Of a DNA stretch of 45,897 bases, positions 12,865 through 26,164 are shown piece after piece. The position numbers and the translations under genes are program-made. The DNA lies in NCBI GenBank assembly GCA_000165425.1, contig CT868363.1, positions 434,001 to 479,897 of the forward strand. The letters run 5' to 3'. The notes beneath the pieces are model-generated. The model ran no database searches. It had not been told where the DNA came from and saw nothing but the letters and a program-made list of their open reading frames with translations. The number at the start of each line of letters is the position of its first letter. The stretch's first letter is position 1. The stretch is from Paramecium tetraurelia. Its lineage: Eukaryota.

Positions 12865-14040
12865 ATGTTAATTTGTGAATAGTTAGATTCAAGTGACAGC
12901 GAGAGTTTCGATAAATTGATTGCAATCGTATAGCATTTTAAAATAGATAAAGATATCATTTAAAATACCCGTTTCTAAATTACAGTAAAATGAGTTATTC
13001 TATCAAATTTAAGAGATATCCAACTGGATTGTTAGACCTTTCTAATGAAATCCTTGATTACTTATAAATCGAATAACATCTATCAGACAGGGATTTTTCA
13101 AGTCATTTTCATACTATCTCATTTTTAAAACATTATTTTGATGAAGCATGCTTGATTTATACAGTTGTTGAAAAATACTTAGAAAGTCGATCAAAAGATA
13201 ATTATAAAGAAGTATTATATAAGGATAGTATATAACTAATTTAATTAAGATAAGAGAAATTATTTATCATTTATGCATTATTACTAGTGTAATTATAAGA
13301 ATATGTTGATGAAGAATCATTTGATATATTTCTAGAGGGGTATTTTATTATATAATTATTTAAGACTATAAAAAAAGTTATAATTAAATGCCTAAATTAA
13401 ATTTGCATCCTTAAGAGTAAAATCAAAAGAAATACTAGAACATACTCTATTGTTGATTGATGAATTGAGAGAAAATAAATTAACATAAAAACAAAAACAT
13501 TCAAGTAGGCAATCAATAATTAACAAATCTATGATGACTGCACGATAATAAAAAGAATCCTAGCAATAAGCATATTTAAGTTTATAGAGTTAATGGATGT
13601 TCACAGAGTTATAAAACAATTAAGTATTTTGTAGAGAGTTAATACCAAATTTACGATTTATCATTAAAAATTATGTTAAGTCGTTTTAAAAAAATAAAGA
13701 CGATGGCCCTAAGAGATATAATAAAAATTCATCAATATTTGACTTAAAAAATAGGTTCAGTGTTGGAAGTTAAAGAGTAAGAAATGGTCTGATTGATTTA
13801 CCAAATTTAGGACCAATGGAAATTTTAATGAGCACATAAATATTTCCTAAATAAAAACTTAATGATTTTTTTGATGACGAATAATTAAAGCACACTTAAA
13901 TTATTACATCTTAAATTGATGGTCTGCTGAACGAAGAACTACTAGTTAATTTAACTGGAATTGAGATGATAGATATGGATTCTAAAAGTGAATCTACCAT
14001 TTCAAGAGCTACAATGTAACAAGTATTCAAATATCATTGA
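12865..14040 (+). CDS. Hypothetical protein
   Basis: MLICEQLDSSDSESFDK...; a putative intron at 12985-13013 restores the frame into RYPTGLLDLSNEILDYL; more small introns follow; ends VFKYH-TGA (14038-14040). Confidence 0.65.
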
Positions 14041-14053
14041 TACAATATATAAA

Positions 14054-17000
14054 TCAATATACTTTTAACACATTACCATCAAATTATAATGTAGATACAC
14101 CATCTTATGTTAGAATTGTATTATTTTAAGTGTTTTGCATTAAGATTAATGATTTTGGTATATTATCACATTATATTTCAAATGCTTTAAATGCTTCAAT
14201 GTTGATATACCAACATAAGTTATTAGAGATGGCAATAACATTTTACAAATATTTAAAATAAAACATTTGATTGCTATTTTTTAATTTAATAACCCTTTCA
14301 ATACATAAAAATGAAGCCTTAATAATTTGCTGAATTCTGATCTTATTATTATTAGAAGTCTTTTCCAATAACAACCAATATTCACCAAAATCTAGTGCCT
14401 AAGCTTCATAGTAGGTTGTTCTATAACCAATCTTTTTGAATAAGTTTCTTTTAGGCATATATACAAAACAATCCCGTGATCCCACTCTTCTTATTTCGTT
14501 TGTTATTCCAAACCCAAAAAAGTAAAGTTCATCTCCATTTATCAAATATGTACATTCATCTACATTTTGTAAATCGAATATCGGGACTTACACTTCTTTG
14601 GTTACTACATGAGGTGATTAAACGTGTAACCCATTCTACTATATAATTTATAATTGGTTATTCTCGATTTCCTCTTATTCCTCCTCTGCAAATTTTTAGA
14701 AATTAACTAATTCTTCAAAGATTAAGCATGAGTGTTATTGGTGCGACTCATATTGATTTTGTGATAAAGATATGTAAAGGAGTAAATATTTAAATGTCCT
14801 CTAATTTAATGATTTGACCAATAGAATTAATTAACCTTCTTCTGTTGATTAAACGCATAATACTTGTAAATTAGTAGATAAAATGTTTGTATAAATTTTA
14901 AATACTTACTAATATTGATAAATTGTATTGTTTTAATATCCAAATAAAGTTTATTGTAATTAAGTCTCTAATAATTATAATGGTTGTGATGTAAAGAACA
15001 ATTCTTTTTAATTTAATTTTTAATATTTTCTAATAAATTATATTAATTAATAAGAATCATATCTTTATTCTTCATTCTCTTTTAGCATTTCTTCAAGTAA
15101 TGGTTTTATATTAGGGAATTAAAATTATTAAAGAGCCAAATTTATTTCCATTAAATAAAATTATTATTCTTTAGTATTTTTAATCTGATAATTTGAAAGC
15201 ATCCTTAAAAATATCAATCCTAAACAGTAAATATTAGCTTTACTGGGATTAATAAAGATCTAATTCTAAGTTAAATTTTAAGTGTAAGCCAAAAAAGATT
15301 TAGGTTCCATATACTCTAATGATGACATAAATGGTACTGATTTTTCTTAGTAAATACTAGGAATGTTAGTTTTGTAAATAATAGAAGCAAAAACAACTGA
15401 ATTAGGCGTAATAAAGACATTATTTGGATGCATATCCTAGACAAAGATATCATGTGATCTAAGTTCATTCAATTTCTTAATGCATCTCTTCATTAATTTA
15501 AAATTGCAATCTTCTTTTTAAATAAGCTCACAATTCTCTATAATATAATTTAATCTAACTTTTCCATCATATTATTCCATACTCAAAAAGAAATCCAATA
15601 AATAAGGGTCCAAATATTTGCAAACTTAATAACATTCATCAAATGATTCAAACTCCACATGTACTATTCTTTAGATTAGTATGAAATTCTATTGTTCTTT
15701 TGAAACAGATAAAATTCTGAATAATGATGGAGTTTGATTTGTAATAGGATAATGAACCTTATTGATAGAGTACGATCCAATCAATTCATCACTTGAATTT
15801 TATTTAGTGCTTATTTACTTTAATTTGATTTTCTAATCTAACCTTCCATGTTCAAGTAAGATTTCAAATACATTGAATGATGTTATACAATATTTATCTT
15901 AGGATAAAAATATTCTATAAATATTCTGATTTTGTAAATAGAGAATAAAATATTTATGATATATTAAGTTGCATGTAGATACTATCCCATTTATATTGAG
16001 TTTTACACTTCTCTTTTGAGTTAAAGAATACAATATAAGTTCATTTTATTAGGTAATGAAGTAGACATCATTAAATTTGGAAAATCCAAAATCTTATTTG
16101 ATTTTTACATCTGTCTGTATAGAACTATTTTAGGTATTAATTAATAGACAACCATCCTAAATTCCAATTATTAACAGTTAATTTTAATTATTGATAAGAT
16201 ATTTTAGATCATATTGAATTTCATTTTGGTTTTCATCATTGTATAAATATTGACCATCATAATAATGAACTGTATTATTAATAATTGTGAATGATTTTAC
16301 ATTCTATGCTTATTTCAAAGGCTTAATTATTTTCTTATAGATAGGCAATTGTTATTTTGATCTAAAGGAAAATATTTATACGAATTCATAAAAAGTCAAG
16401 TTTTTATCAGAGAAGAACAAAACAATTTCTTAAATCTTATCAAATAAAAGTTATTGAAGTAATGAATTATCGATTGAATCTGTTTACTATTACAGGAAAT
16501 CATAGAATTATTAGGTTGTGATATAATTTCTTTATTCTATATCAATAATGCTAAATATTTCTTATAAATTTTGTGAAGTAAAGTAAATTCTATCATGAAA
16601 ATTCTTATTAGGTTATTTTTAAGTCTAAGCAGTGTCTTTGAATTTGAATTAATCTTCAATATATGTTGTAGGGCTATGTTAATTAATTTATAACTGCAAT
16701 TAATAATTTTTTTAAGCAGAGTCAATCCTCTCTTTTTTCTATTACTCTTTAGTAGCCAAATATTATCTTAGCGATATTTATAGCATTTCCAAAGTATCTT
16801 CTAGTTACTCGGAACTAAGCTTAATTGTGATCATGCCAATCATATTTTCATAAGCGAAATACAATTTATTATCCTATATGTAAGCACTCCCATTTATGAT
16901 ATTAATCTATTGTCCATTTTGATCAATTAATTCATACTAAGTGTATGATTTTTAATTTCTAGTTTATGTTAAATTATAAAAGACTACTTTATTGTTTGAG

Positions 17001-18280
17001 TATTCAAAAAGTACGTTCTTGATATTATTGTTAGGATTGTTATTATTAGTGTTTGGAATATCTTGAATGAGATCCTTTAACTCAGACTTTGATTGACAAT
17101 TCAATAATTAAACATAATCAGATGCTTTAAGATCGTAAAGATATTATCTATTTCTATAGAGTAAAAGGATAATATCTTTAATGTAGCATTCAAGGACATT
17201 CTTCTATTTCTAATATAGGGATTCAATAATATTGGCGAAATCTATATTCTTTTGTTTTAATTGTTGCCTAATTTCAGGGCCTTTGTAAAAGGAGTTGATG
17301 ATAAGAATAGCTATATCTTCTAAGTCGTTGACAAGATTGGCTCTAAAATCTTTAATTTTATTTTTGATTAGTCTTCTAGAGAATCTGAAGGCGGAAAAAC
17401 TCAAGTCTAATTTAAATACCTTTTATTTATGATAAGTCATGTAAACATTGGATGGCTTAATTCTTAATTACAAATATGAATTACCCTGAATGAACATAGA
17501 AATTTTAATGCATTTATTATATAGTATTGAGGAGATACTCTAATAGGGGATGGATATCTTATGGTTACAATTAAATATTCTCTAAAGACACATCGCAATA
17601 CTCTTATTCTGAAAATACATAGAAATTATTGTGTTTTTTATTCAATCTAAAGCTGAAATCATGTATCTTATAGCTTGCAAACTGCTAGAAAAAGAGATAG
17701 TTGTCAAGTAGATTAGCCACAAATTCAATTTGTTTGGTGTACAATATTCTGATTTTTCTTGATTCCCCTATGTTGTTGGTGAATCCTACAACAATGCTGT
17801 AATCATTTTTATTAATTAACCAAACTCTAAAATTATTTGATTTGATTACTTAGTCCAATAAATGTTTGATTATTCCAAATGAGACAAGAAGAATCTCAAC
17901 ATCTAGATGACATCTGACATTAATTACTTGTCTAACAATTAGATATCATTCAGAAATTTCTCAAGTATAAATTCTCTTTGTTTTAACAACTATTCCTGCC
18001 CTTGATTTTTCCCTTAAACTTTTGGCTTCTTATCTCTGTCCTCACCTGGAATAGACATTCTTGATGTTGTGTTCTTTCTTACTGGCACTCCATCTGATGA
18101 AATATTTGAAACTTATTTTGAAATAGTGCTTAATTTAGTATTGTTCTGTTCTTTGGAAGATGTGCTCTTTTATTATTGTTACTAGTTTTCTTATATTTTT
18201 TCAGTTTAATCTTCACCATTCGATATCTTTATTACAGGAACTGTCTAATTCATTTTAGCATTAGCACAAGCAGCACCCAT
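14054..18280 (-). CDS. ~1400 aa protein: N-terminal lipidation motif, two pseudokinase-like domains, two beta-strand-rich (propeller/Kelch-like) regions
   Basis: Starts MGAACANAK; 23-nt intron near 17827-17849; kinase-like motifs LQLRIKPSNVYM..VFKLDLSF (~17400-17475) and HDIFVQDMHPNNVFI..YMEP (~15300-15455); Kelch-like INGDELYFFGFG..DCFVYMPKRNLFKKIG near the C-terminus; TGA at 14054-14056. Confidence 0.8.
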
Positions 18281-18315
18281 TTATTAATATTAATATAAAT
18301 CAATAAAATATTATT

Positions 18316-20100
18316 ATGAGTATTGAAATCGCTTCTTTTTTTGATAATCCAGATCTTGTGGCAAAGTAGACATCTCTGTGGTAGATTCTGAATTAGGAAG
18401 TTTACGATGTAAATCTTGTCTCAATTTCTAGAATGATAATATTATTTTCGAGCAGGATTGCCACAAGATTGGTAGGAAATCAAAATAATTGAAACCAATT
18501 ACAATCTAACTAGGAAATGAGCATTTATATTACATTAAAAAAGAAACAATGTTTTAGTTATAAACTACTATTGTTATGATGAATTTAATTAAACATGATT
18601 AACATGGTAACATAATTAGGTTGTCACGAAATGGAAAGTATATTGATTTTAAATTTGAAGATTACGATGCTCTCAAGAATCTTCTAAATCACAGATGTTT
18701 ATAATCTACATTCCATGATGAATTTGGAGTTGCCAAAATGATTGGCAAAGGAAGTTTTGCTAAAGTTTATTTGGCAACAAAAAAGTCTACTGGTATAAAT
18801 TACGCAGTCAAAGCATTTAATAAAGAATTCATGTTAGAACAATTTAAAGGTAGGGAATCATTGGAAAATGAAATTAAAGTGATGAGAAGATTGAATCAAG
18901 AAAATCTAGTAAGACTGCATGAAGTTTATGAAACTTAAAACTCCATTTATTTTGTTTTGGATATCTTAAAAGGAGGTGAGTTGCTATCCAGAGTCAAATC
19001 TTAGCCATTATCTGCCCCTAATCTACAAAAATTAATGTATAATCTCATGAAAGCCCTCTGTCATCTACATTCAAAAAAATGCATCCATCGAGATTTGAAA
19101 CCAGAAAACCTATTATTAAAAGAAAAAGATAATGATACTGATGTAGTGATTGCAGACTTTGGATTAGCTTGTTTTCTAAATGAAGATATCCTATTTAAGA
19201 GATGTGGAACACCTGGATTCGTTGCTCCTGAAATATTAGCATATAAAGAAGGGGATCCATTCTATGACGAAAAATGCGATGTGTTTAGCGCAGGAGTAAT
19301 CTTTTACATACTCTTGACTGGTAGACAACCCTTCCAAGGGACAGACTACAAAGCTATCCTGAGAGCAAATAAGAATTGTTAGATCAATTACAACCTAAAA
19401 TAAATATAAACAGTAATTAAAATAATAATCATTATAGGGTCCTTTATAATTAGTAGATCTGTTAAAGAAGATGTTACATCCAGAACCTAAAGGAAGAGTG
19501 TCATCTGAAGATTGTCTAAAACATCCATACTTCAAGGAGATCTTCAAGGAGTAAGACTTGATCGATATATAAGACAATCTTCGAGAATATGAAAAGGACT
19601 TTGTCTATGGATTAGGAAAGTAATAAGGGTAATTAACACTTTCCTATTGAGATAGACCTTCAAGTCAAGTTGGATCTATGCAATTACAATAGAGACAACC
19701 TGCTTTGAATGGGAGAATAGATACTATGGGATCATTTTCTAATGTATCCAATAATGGATCAGTAACTAGACTAGATTAGAAACCCTAACCTCATTAAAGC
19801 AAATTTAGTCAATTCAGTCAATCTATGAAGTAGTAGCTCAATTCTGATGCAAGTATCTAATTGATTATATTGAATATAGATTCACCAGTAGCCAAGAAAA
19901 GCAATTAATCAGATTTACGAAAGACTGCTCTGAAAAATTCGTTTTAATAATAAATTAATCAAATGGAAAAGGAGGATGATTGTGTTGACGATGAGGCATC
20001 TCAATTGGAAGATGCAATATCAAAACTAAATGCTTAAACACCAAAAATGGGGTTGACAAAAGCAAGTTCCTTTAAAGTACAAAAATCAACAATGGAATGA
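18316..20100 (+). CDS. Ser/Thr protein kinase, CaMK group, with N-terminal PH-like region
   Basis: GKGSFAKV, YAVK, HRDLKPEN, IADFG, CGTPGFVAPE and DVFSAGVI motifs. ATG at 18316; intron 18409-18431 and others near 19630 and 19855; ends KSTME-TGA. Confidence 0.95.
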
Positions 20101-20229
20101 GATATTTACTAAAATCATGAATCACGTTTGCCTGAAAATATTCGACTTATCATCTTCTTTTATTATTTTGCTTATAAAAAGGAAATAGGTTAACTAGGTA
20201 ATCTATTTTGATTTTATTTTTAAATGGTT

Positions 20230-21519
20230 TGTTTCAGTTCTAATCGTTGCATGCATTGTTGTATATATATTTATTTAGGACATTCAACATTAAAATTTGT
20301 TATAGTCTCTCTTTTACTTTGACTACTTTAGATTCTATAATTCTATTTGAACCCTTAACAAGAGTTTCTGTAATTGAAGATTTCTGGCAGTTTATTTATC
20401 TTTGATTAAGGGCTTTCAGTGAATTTATTTAATTTCTATTCATCAATAAATATGAATTTATTTCCAAAACTAATCTATTAAGGATAGCTTGATCGTTGAT
20501 TTATATTCGAACTAAGAATCCGATAATTGTTATTTTTTTTGATTTCGCAATCTCTTAATATATCTGATCCCTTCTTTATCTCTCCTATCAAAGGAGGAGT
20601 ATGCAAACCTGAATTATCAGAACCTGGTTTTGAAATTGTTCTATAATCCATAATTAAATTAGATATTTTACAATTATGTAGATGGATTAGAATTAGCACT
20701 CTTTGGTTTCAATAATCTTCTAGAATGGATAAATTTTTATTTGTTCCCTTATTGATCAGGAGGGTAGAAAAAATTTGCTGTTTGCTCATACTCTATGTTC
20801 ATTATTATTCTTAGTCAAAACCTCTATTTTGGATAATAAATATATTTATGTATTTATGTCTAATGATCAATAATTAATATTTATTCTTTAAAATTATATT
20901 GGGGGGATAATAAAAATAATCATAGCTAGAGTAAGTTTCCTAGTAATATAATCTCTTCATGAATTGCTGATACTTCTTACTCTACAAAGATATGGTGGAA
21001 TCAATAACTTAATTTATTGATTAAGGATTTTAATTAAAATTTCATCTTTATGAAATCTTCTCTGAGGAAATTTTAATAGCTTTTAGAAATTTCAGAATTC
21101 TTAATTTACTTTTCTTTTACTTAATCTTATATAATAATTACTAATACTTCTTTAGATAAGTTTGGAATTGAATCTTGAATGTGTCCCTTATCTAATTGAT
21201 CATTATGCAATTCATAAGGCTCCAATTATTGCTCATAAGAAGTAGTATATCAGACTATTATTTTTTGGTCAACACATTGATTTCTTTTTTGAGCAATACA
21301 AATAATGTTCAAATTGTTATTATTTAAAGCGATGATGACCTTTCGCTAAGATCGATTCTATAATAATTAGAGTAAATTTAAACCATAAAACTAAAATTCA
21401 GGATTTGCAACTAGGATATTCAGAAGAAAACTAAGAAATAATCGTTGTGATTATATTCTTTTATTAGATTAGATCCTAAATTTTAAAAATATATCGACTC
21501 TAAGTAATTAGATATTCAT
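20230..21519 (-). pseudogene. Probable degenerate gene remnant (unknown product)
   Basis: Coding-like stretches (e.g. MDYRTISKPGSDNSGLHTPPLIGEIKKG) are broken by several in-frame TGAs and frame changes not explained by introns. Confidence 0.35.
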
Positions 21520-21584
21520 ACTTAAAGGAATAATTGAATATAAAAATTAAAGTATATATACATATTATTTAATATATATTTACA

Positions 21585-21867
21585 TCACTTTTTTCTTTCT
21601 AACACAACTATGTCTGATTAATCGATGTAAATTATGATATCAGATTCTTAATAACTTACTATGATATATTTTGAATTTACATGTTACTCTATTGAGTGAT
21701 TGTTTTTCTAAAATCTTAGCGGTGGAGGAAACGATAGTTGTTATAAATGGGATTAATTTAGGATTGTCTAAAGTGCCGCTGCTCTAAATGTTGATTAAAT
21801 GGATTACTTTTTTAATTCTGCCACTACTTTCAAGTATCATTTATCCTATTATTCCACTTTCATCCAT
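21585..21867 (-). CDS. LAMTOR4: Roadblock/LC7-fold protein, LAMTOR4 (Ragulator subunit)-like, 78 aa
   Basis: After removing introns 21784-21807 (24 nt) and 21659-21680 (22 nt): MDESGIIGQMILESSGRIKKSSGTLDNPKLIPFITTIVSSTAKILEKQSLNRVTLSYQESDIIIYIDQSDIVVLERKK*. This parallels the LAMTOR4 pattern G-x-LVL..G.V..SSG.LEN...I..LVSTA....KRLSV.F..H.......G..V.VVKR. Confidence 0.75.
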
Positions 21868-21885
21868 TTCTTTATTATAAATAAT

Positions 21886-23351
21886 ATGAATTAAAGGATT
21901 TTTGATTACACTAAATCAGCATCTAAGCGATTAAAAAGCCCAAGAATTTTCAAAACTGAAGCCAATTATTAGTACCATAGTAGAGATAACAAAAGTATTA
22001 CATCATCATATTAATAGATGATAACTAAAATAAAGCGAAATCATTTATAAATGATAGGCCTGTTTAGGGATAGAGAGATTAGAGTGAGAAACAATATTAG
22101 ATAACAAAAAATCGTATATATTACACATATCAAAAGGATTGACTGTTAATAATTATTCATAACAAAGCAGGTAATAATTAAACAACACTCACAATAAATA
22201 CAACTCCTTTTTGGACTCTATCATGAAACTAAATAAATCAAAAGAAATAAATAGAATACCAATCAGATCTCGAAAATAATTGTGGCATAATTATGTAAGT
22301 AAATATCTCACTTAAACAAAAAAGGTTAATCCAGATTCTTCAGTTCCTGAGAGAAGAGTTCATAGTCAAATTAACATTTTAAAAGCAGAGGAAATCTATA
22401 ATAAAAATAGATCAACGGCTTCTTTATGTAGTTTTGAATCTCAAGATAATCTTCAATTAAATCTAAAATATACTCATAAAACCAGATAAGGTTAAATAGC
22501 AAATAACCCTACCAAAGTAAACTAAGACATATTCTATTGTTAAACTAATCTCGTCGAGAATTTACATTTATTTTTTGTATGTGATGGACATGGACAAAAT
22601 GGACAATTTGTGTCCAATTTCATCTAAACTAATTTGCCAAATAGCATTCGAAGAGATAAATTATCATAATAATCTCATCAAATAAAAGAAACACTTCAGA
22701 AATCCATCTAAAACATCTCTGTTAATGTAAACAAATAATCTTTTGATACAAATTTTAGTGGTTCTACATTGAATGGTATAATATTGTAAGAAAATGGTAA
22801 AATACATTCATTTAATGTTGGCGATAGTAGAACAGTCATTGGGAAATTCATAGGATATGGTTCTAAATTTAAACCTTATTAATTATCAGTTGATCATAAA
22901 TTAACCATTAAAAAAGAGTAATATAGAGTAATTTCATCAGGAGGTAAAATAGATACATTCTATGACTAAAATGGTAAATTATGTATATATTCCAGGTAAT
23001 CCAATTGGACCAATGAGAGTTTGGGTAAATGGAACCCAATATCCAGGTTTAGCTATGAGTAGAAGTATAGGAGACTAAGTAGCCTAATCGATTGGAGTTA
23101 GCAGTGTTCCAGATATTGTTGAATATTAATTGGGATCTAATGATAAATTTATCATTATAGCCTCAGATGGAATATGGGAGTTCTTAGATAATTAGATAAT
23201 CGTTGATATTATTGGAAAATACTACTAACAAAATAATATTGAAGGAGCTAGTGAAGAATTGATGAGGGTTGCATATAGAATGTGGACGATAGATGATGAC
23301 TCAGTTATTGATGATATCACTTTTATAATAATATTTATTTAGAATTAATGA
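21886..23351 (+). CDS. Protein phosphatase 2C (PPM family) with low-complexity N-terminal extension
   Basis: FFVCDGHG, SGSTL, NVGDSR, LSVDHK, PGLAMSRSIGD, IIASDGIWEFLDN and DDIT motifs; several tiny introns (e.g. 22974-22995); TGA at 23349-23351. Confidence 0.95.
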
Positions 23352-23371
23352 ATTGATTTAATATACTCCTA

Positions 23372-24643
23372 TCATTACTAAACAATCACTCCGCTACTAT
23401 TACTGCCACAAGATATAGAAGCTACTCTATTTTACACAAATTATGAGACTACTATAGGTTTGTCTGTGAATGATCTACAATAAATGAAGATTTCGTACCT
23501 TTTTTTATTTCCTAACTATCCATACTCATTATCACCCCACTCTAATATAGCACCCACATTTGTTAATGCCAGACAATGATTATATCCACATTCAATTTAT
23601 TTGACTTCTACATTTTCCTATTTACCATTGATGTTAATTTTAAAATTGGAGAGTCCTTCAAGTTTAACAATATCACTTATATGTCTAACAAACCCACAAC
23701 CTAATTGTCCTCTGATATTATGACCACAAGCAAATACCTCAGTTTCTGAGTTTTATTTATTTTTTGTGACAAATACACTAAATTCATTTCCAGCAGCCAA
23801 ATCCAAGACCTAATTATTGCTGTCCATAAGGGCAGAGATTCTTAATGGATTATAAACAGCAATCAAAGGCTCTCCAACTCTTGAGAATTCTTCTGAATGA
23901 GATAATTGCATTTATGAATTAGATCCCCATCCATAAACTGATCCTTCTGTGCTTATACATAATGTGTGATTGGATCCACATATAATTTTATGTATTTTTG
24001 GTAAATTGTCTATTTTGGTTGGATTCCTAATTCTTGATTCATAAAATGGAGGAGCTGTGCTTCTATTATTGGATCCTAATCCACATTGACCATAAGTATC
24101 ATCACCCATAGTTAAAATAGATCCATCATTAGTAAGTGCCACAAAATGATCTTCTCCACATTCTATTTATTTGATGTTTTATAAACTATTGATTTTTTTT
24201 GGAGTATTAATAAACTATCCATCCTTCACTTAATATTAAAAAACCTCTCCATTATTGGTTAATGTCCATACAAATTATTTGGTATATTTGATTTATTAAA
24301 TTTTACCCTTAGGTACATTGATTTTAATAATATTTTATCTTTTTCCATCTATTATATTTTTATCTTCTGAACTACTTAACTTGTGAGCATTCCATATATA
24401 TCCATCTCCGTTTCCTGTTATACCACTTTCGAATTATTCAGATAGGAATAATTTCTATAAATTCTTATCATCGAAATCTGTCAATTATTTTGGAGTGAAA
24501 TTATTAAAGCTTAAGCCTTGTCCAGGAAGTGCCTAATATACTCCGTTACCCCAAATATACGCTTTTGTCTTCTCGTTACAATAAAGACTGTATGATCCAG
24601 CACTACATAATAATATTGATAATCCTAATTTTCTTAATTTCAT
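23372..24643 (-). CDS. RCC1/BLIP-II repeat protein, possibly organelle-targeted
   Basis: MKLRKLGLSI...; repeats YIWGNG, CGEDHFVALTNDGSILTMGDDTYGQCGLG, CGSNHTLC..VYGWGSN, AAGNEFSVF..ACGHNIRGQLGCG and CGYNHCLAL..EWGDNEYGQLG. Confidence 0.9.
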
Positions 24644-24675
24644 AAATAATAATAATTAAAATTTTGGCTGTTAGC

Positions 24676-26117
24676 ATGTAACAATATTAAGTTGGAAGAA
24701 GGAATCCTTCATGTAAATTTAATCTTTACAAAATTAGAACCTCCATAGTAATCTTTAAAATGCAATCAATATCAATCAAGATCACCTTTTTCAAGCATTG
24801 AAAATACCTAAAATACATAAATGCCACCTAATAAATTTCATCACAAAGCAAGCACTGACATTGATACTATTAATAAAACCACTTCCATTGCAACCAATCC
24901 ATACTACAATTAATATCTGAAAAGAGCATCTAATTCGAGTCATCAAGATAAACCTCCTGTAAATTATTTATTTATTCTATAGTCATTATAATATAGCAAT
25001 TCTAAATCCAATTTAAATCCTAACTAATCACATGATTACTCAATCTAATTTAAAGTTGGAAGTAAAAATGATAAAAAAAACGATTCAATTAATGAAACAC
25101 AATTGTCCTAATTCGTTAATCCTACCAAATAATTTGTATGTATGAGTCCTGCTTAAAATCGGGATAACTCCATCATTTTTCAATCTCCAAAATAAATCCA
25201 ATAGCCAACTGTTGTTCAATCCCCTCAACCATATAATTTGATAAATACTCCCATTTACTATAATAATAATAAAGGGTCATAATCATAATTGAAATCAATC
25301 AATTACAACAATCCCAATTTATTTAATGAGTTAAAATAATTACAAGACTCTAATAATTTGCTGTAATAGACTATTTAATAGAGGGAAAGCGAAGTATAAA
25401 GAGGGCAATCTTCATAATTTATTTAAGAATTAGAATAAAAAATTAATTTATTATAATAGCTAAATGAAAAATTGTAATTAGAAAATTAATCCCTAATTGA
25501 ATAAACTGATGTTACAAGAATGAAGGAAAATTTAGAAAAATCTTTGTAAAATCGTAAACAAACATCGTAATAACTTTAGAGTATCAAATCAGAATAATAG
25601 TAATACCAATTGAAATGTGATGAATTACAAAATAAATTAGATTAATATGATGATTCTTAAATTAAAGATTTAGTTAATGAATTAGAAAATAAAGTTTAGA
25701 ATCTAATAGCTGAAAATGATAGATTGAATCAATAATTATCTTCAAATTCTCATTTATAAATGATTTCTGATATTGCAAGGTTGAAGAATGAAAATGACAA
25801 TCTCAATAAGCAATAATAACAATTAAAAAGGGATGAAGAACATTTAAAATTAACTTATAATTAAGTTGAATAAGTTTATGAACAGAAAATGGCAGATAAT
25901 TTATATGCTGATTTATATGAGAAAATTCAATTATTGATTGAAGAAAATGATAGATTATAATAGGTTATCACTGATTCTGAATATACAGACTAAGATTTAT
26001 AGGATATTAAAGCAAGAGTAAAATATTTTTATATCTATTTAGATTAAAGTAGTTAAGTAGGATAATATAAAAATGGAACAACAATTAAAAAGAAAAAATC
26101 TTAATAAAAATTATTGA
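24676..26117 (+). CDS. Coiled-coil protein with Q/P/S-rich N-terminus (hypothetical)
   Basis: MQQYQVGRRNPS, then a 25-nt intron and a long table-6 frame with E/Q/K/L heptads (LENKVQNLIAENDRLNQQL; IQLLIEENDRL); intron near 26018-26042; TGA at 26115-26117. Confidence 0.8.
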
Positions 26118-26164
26118 TTACTTTTTTCCCTTATATAAATATCAATTTATTAGAATATATTAAA

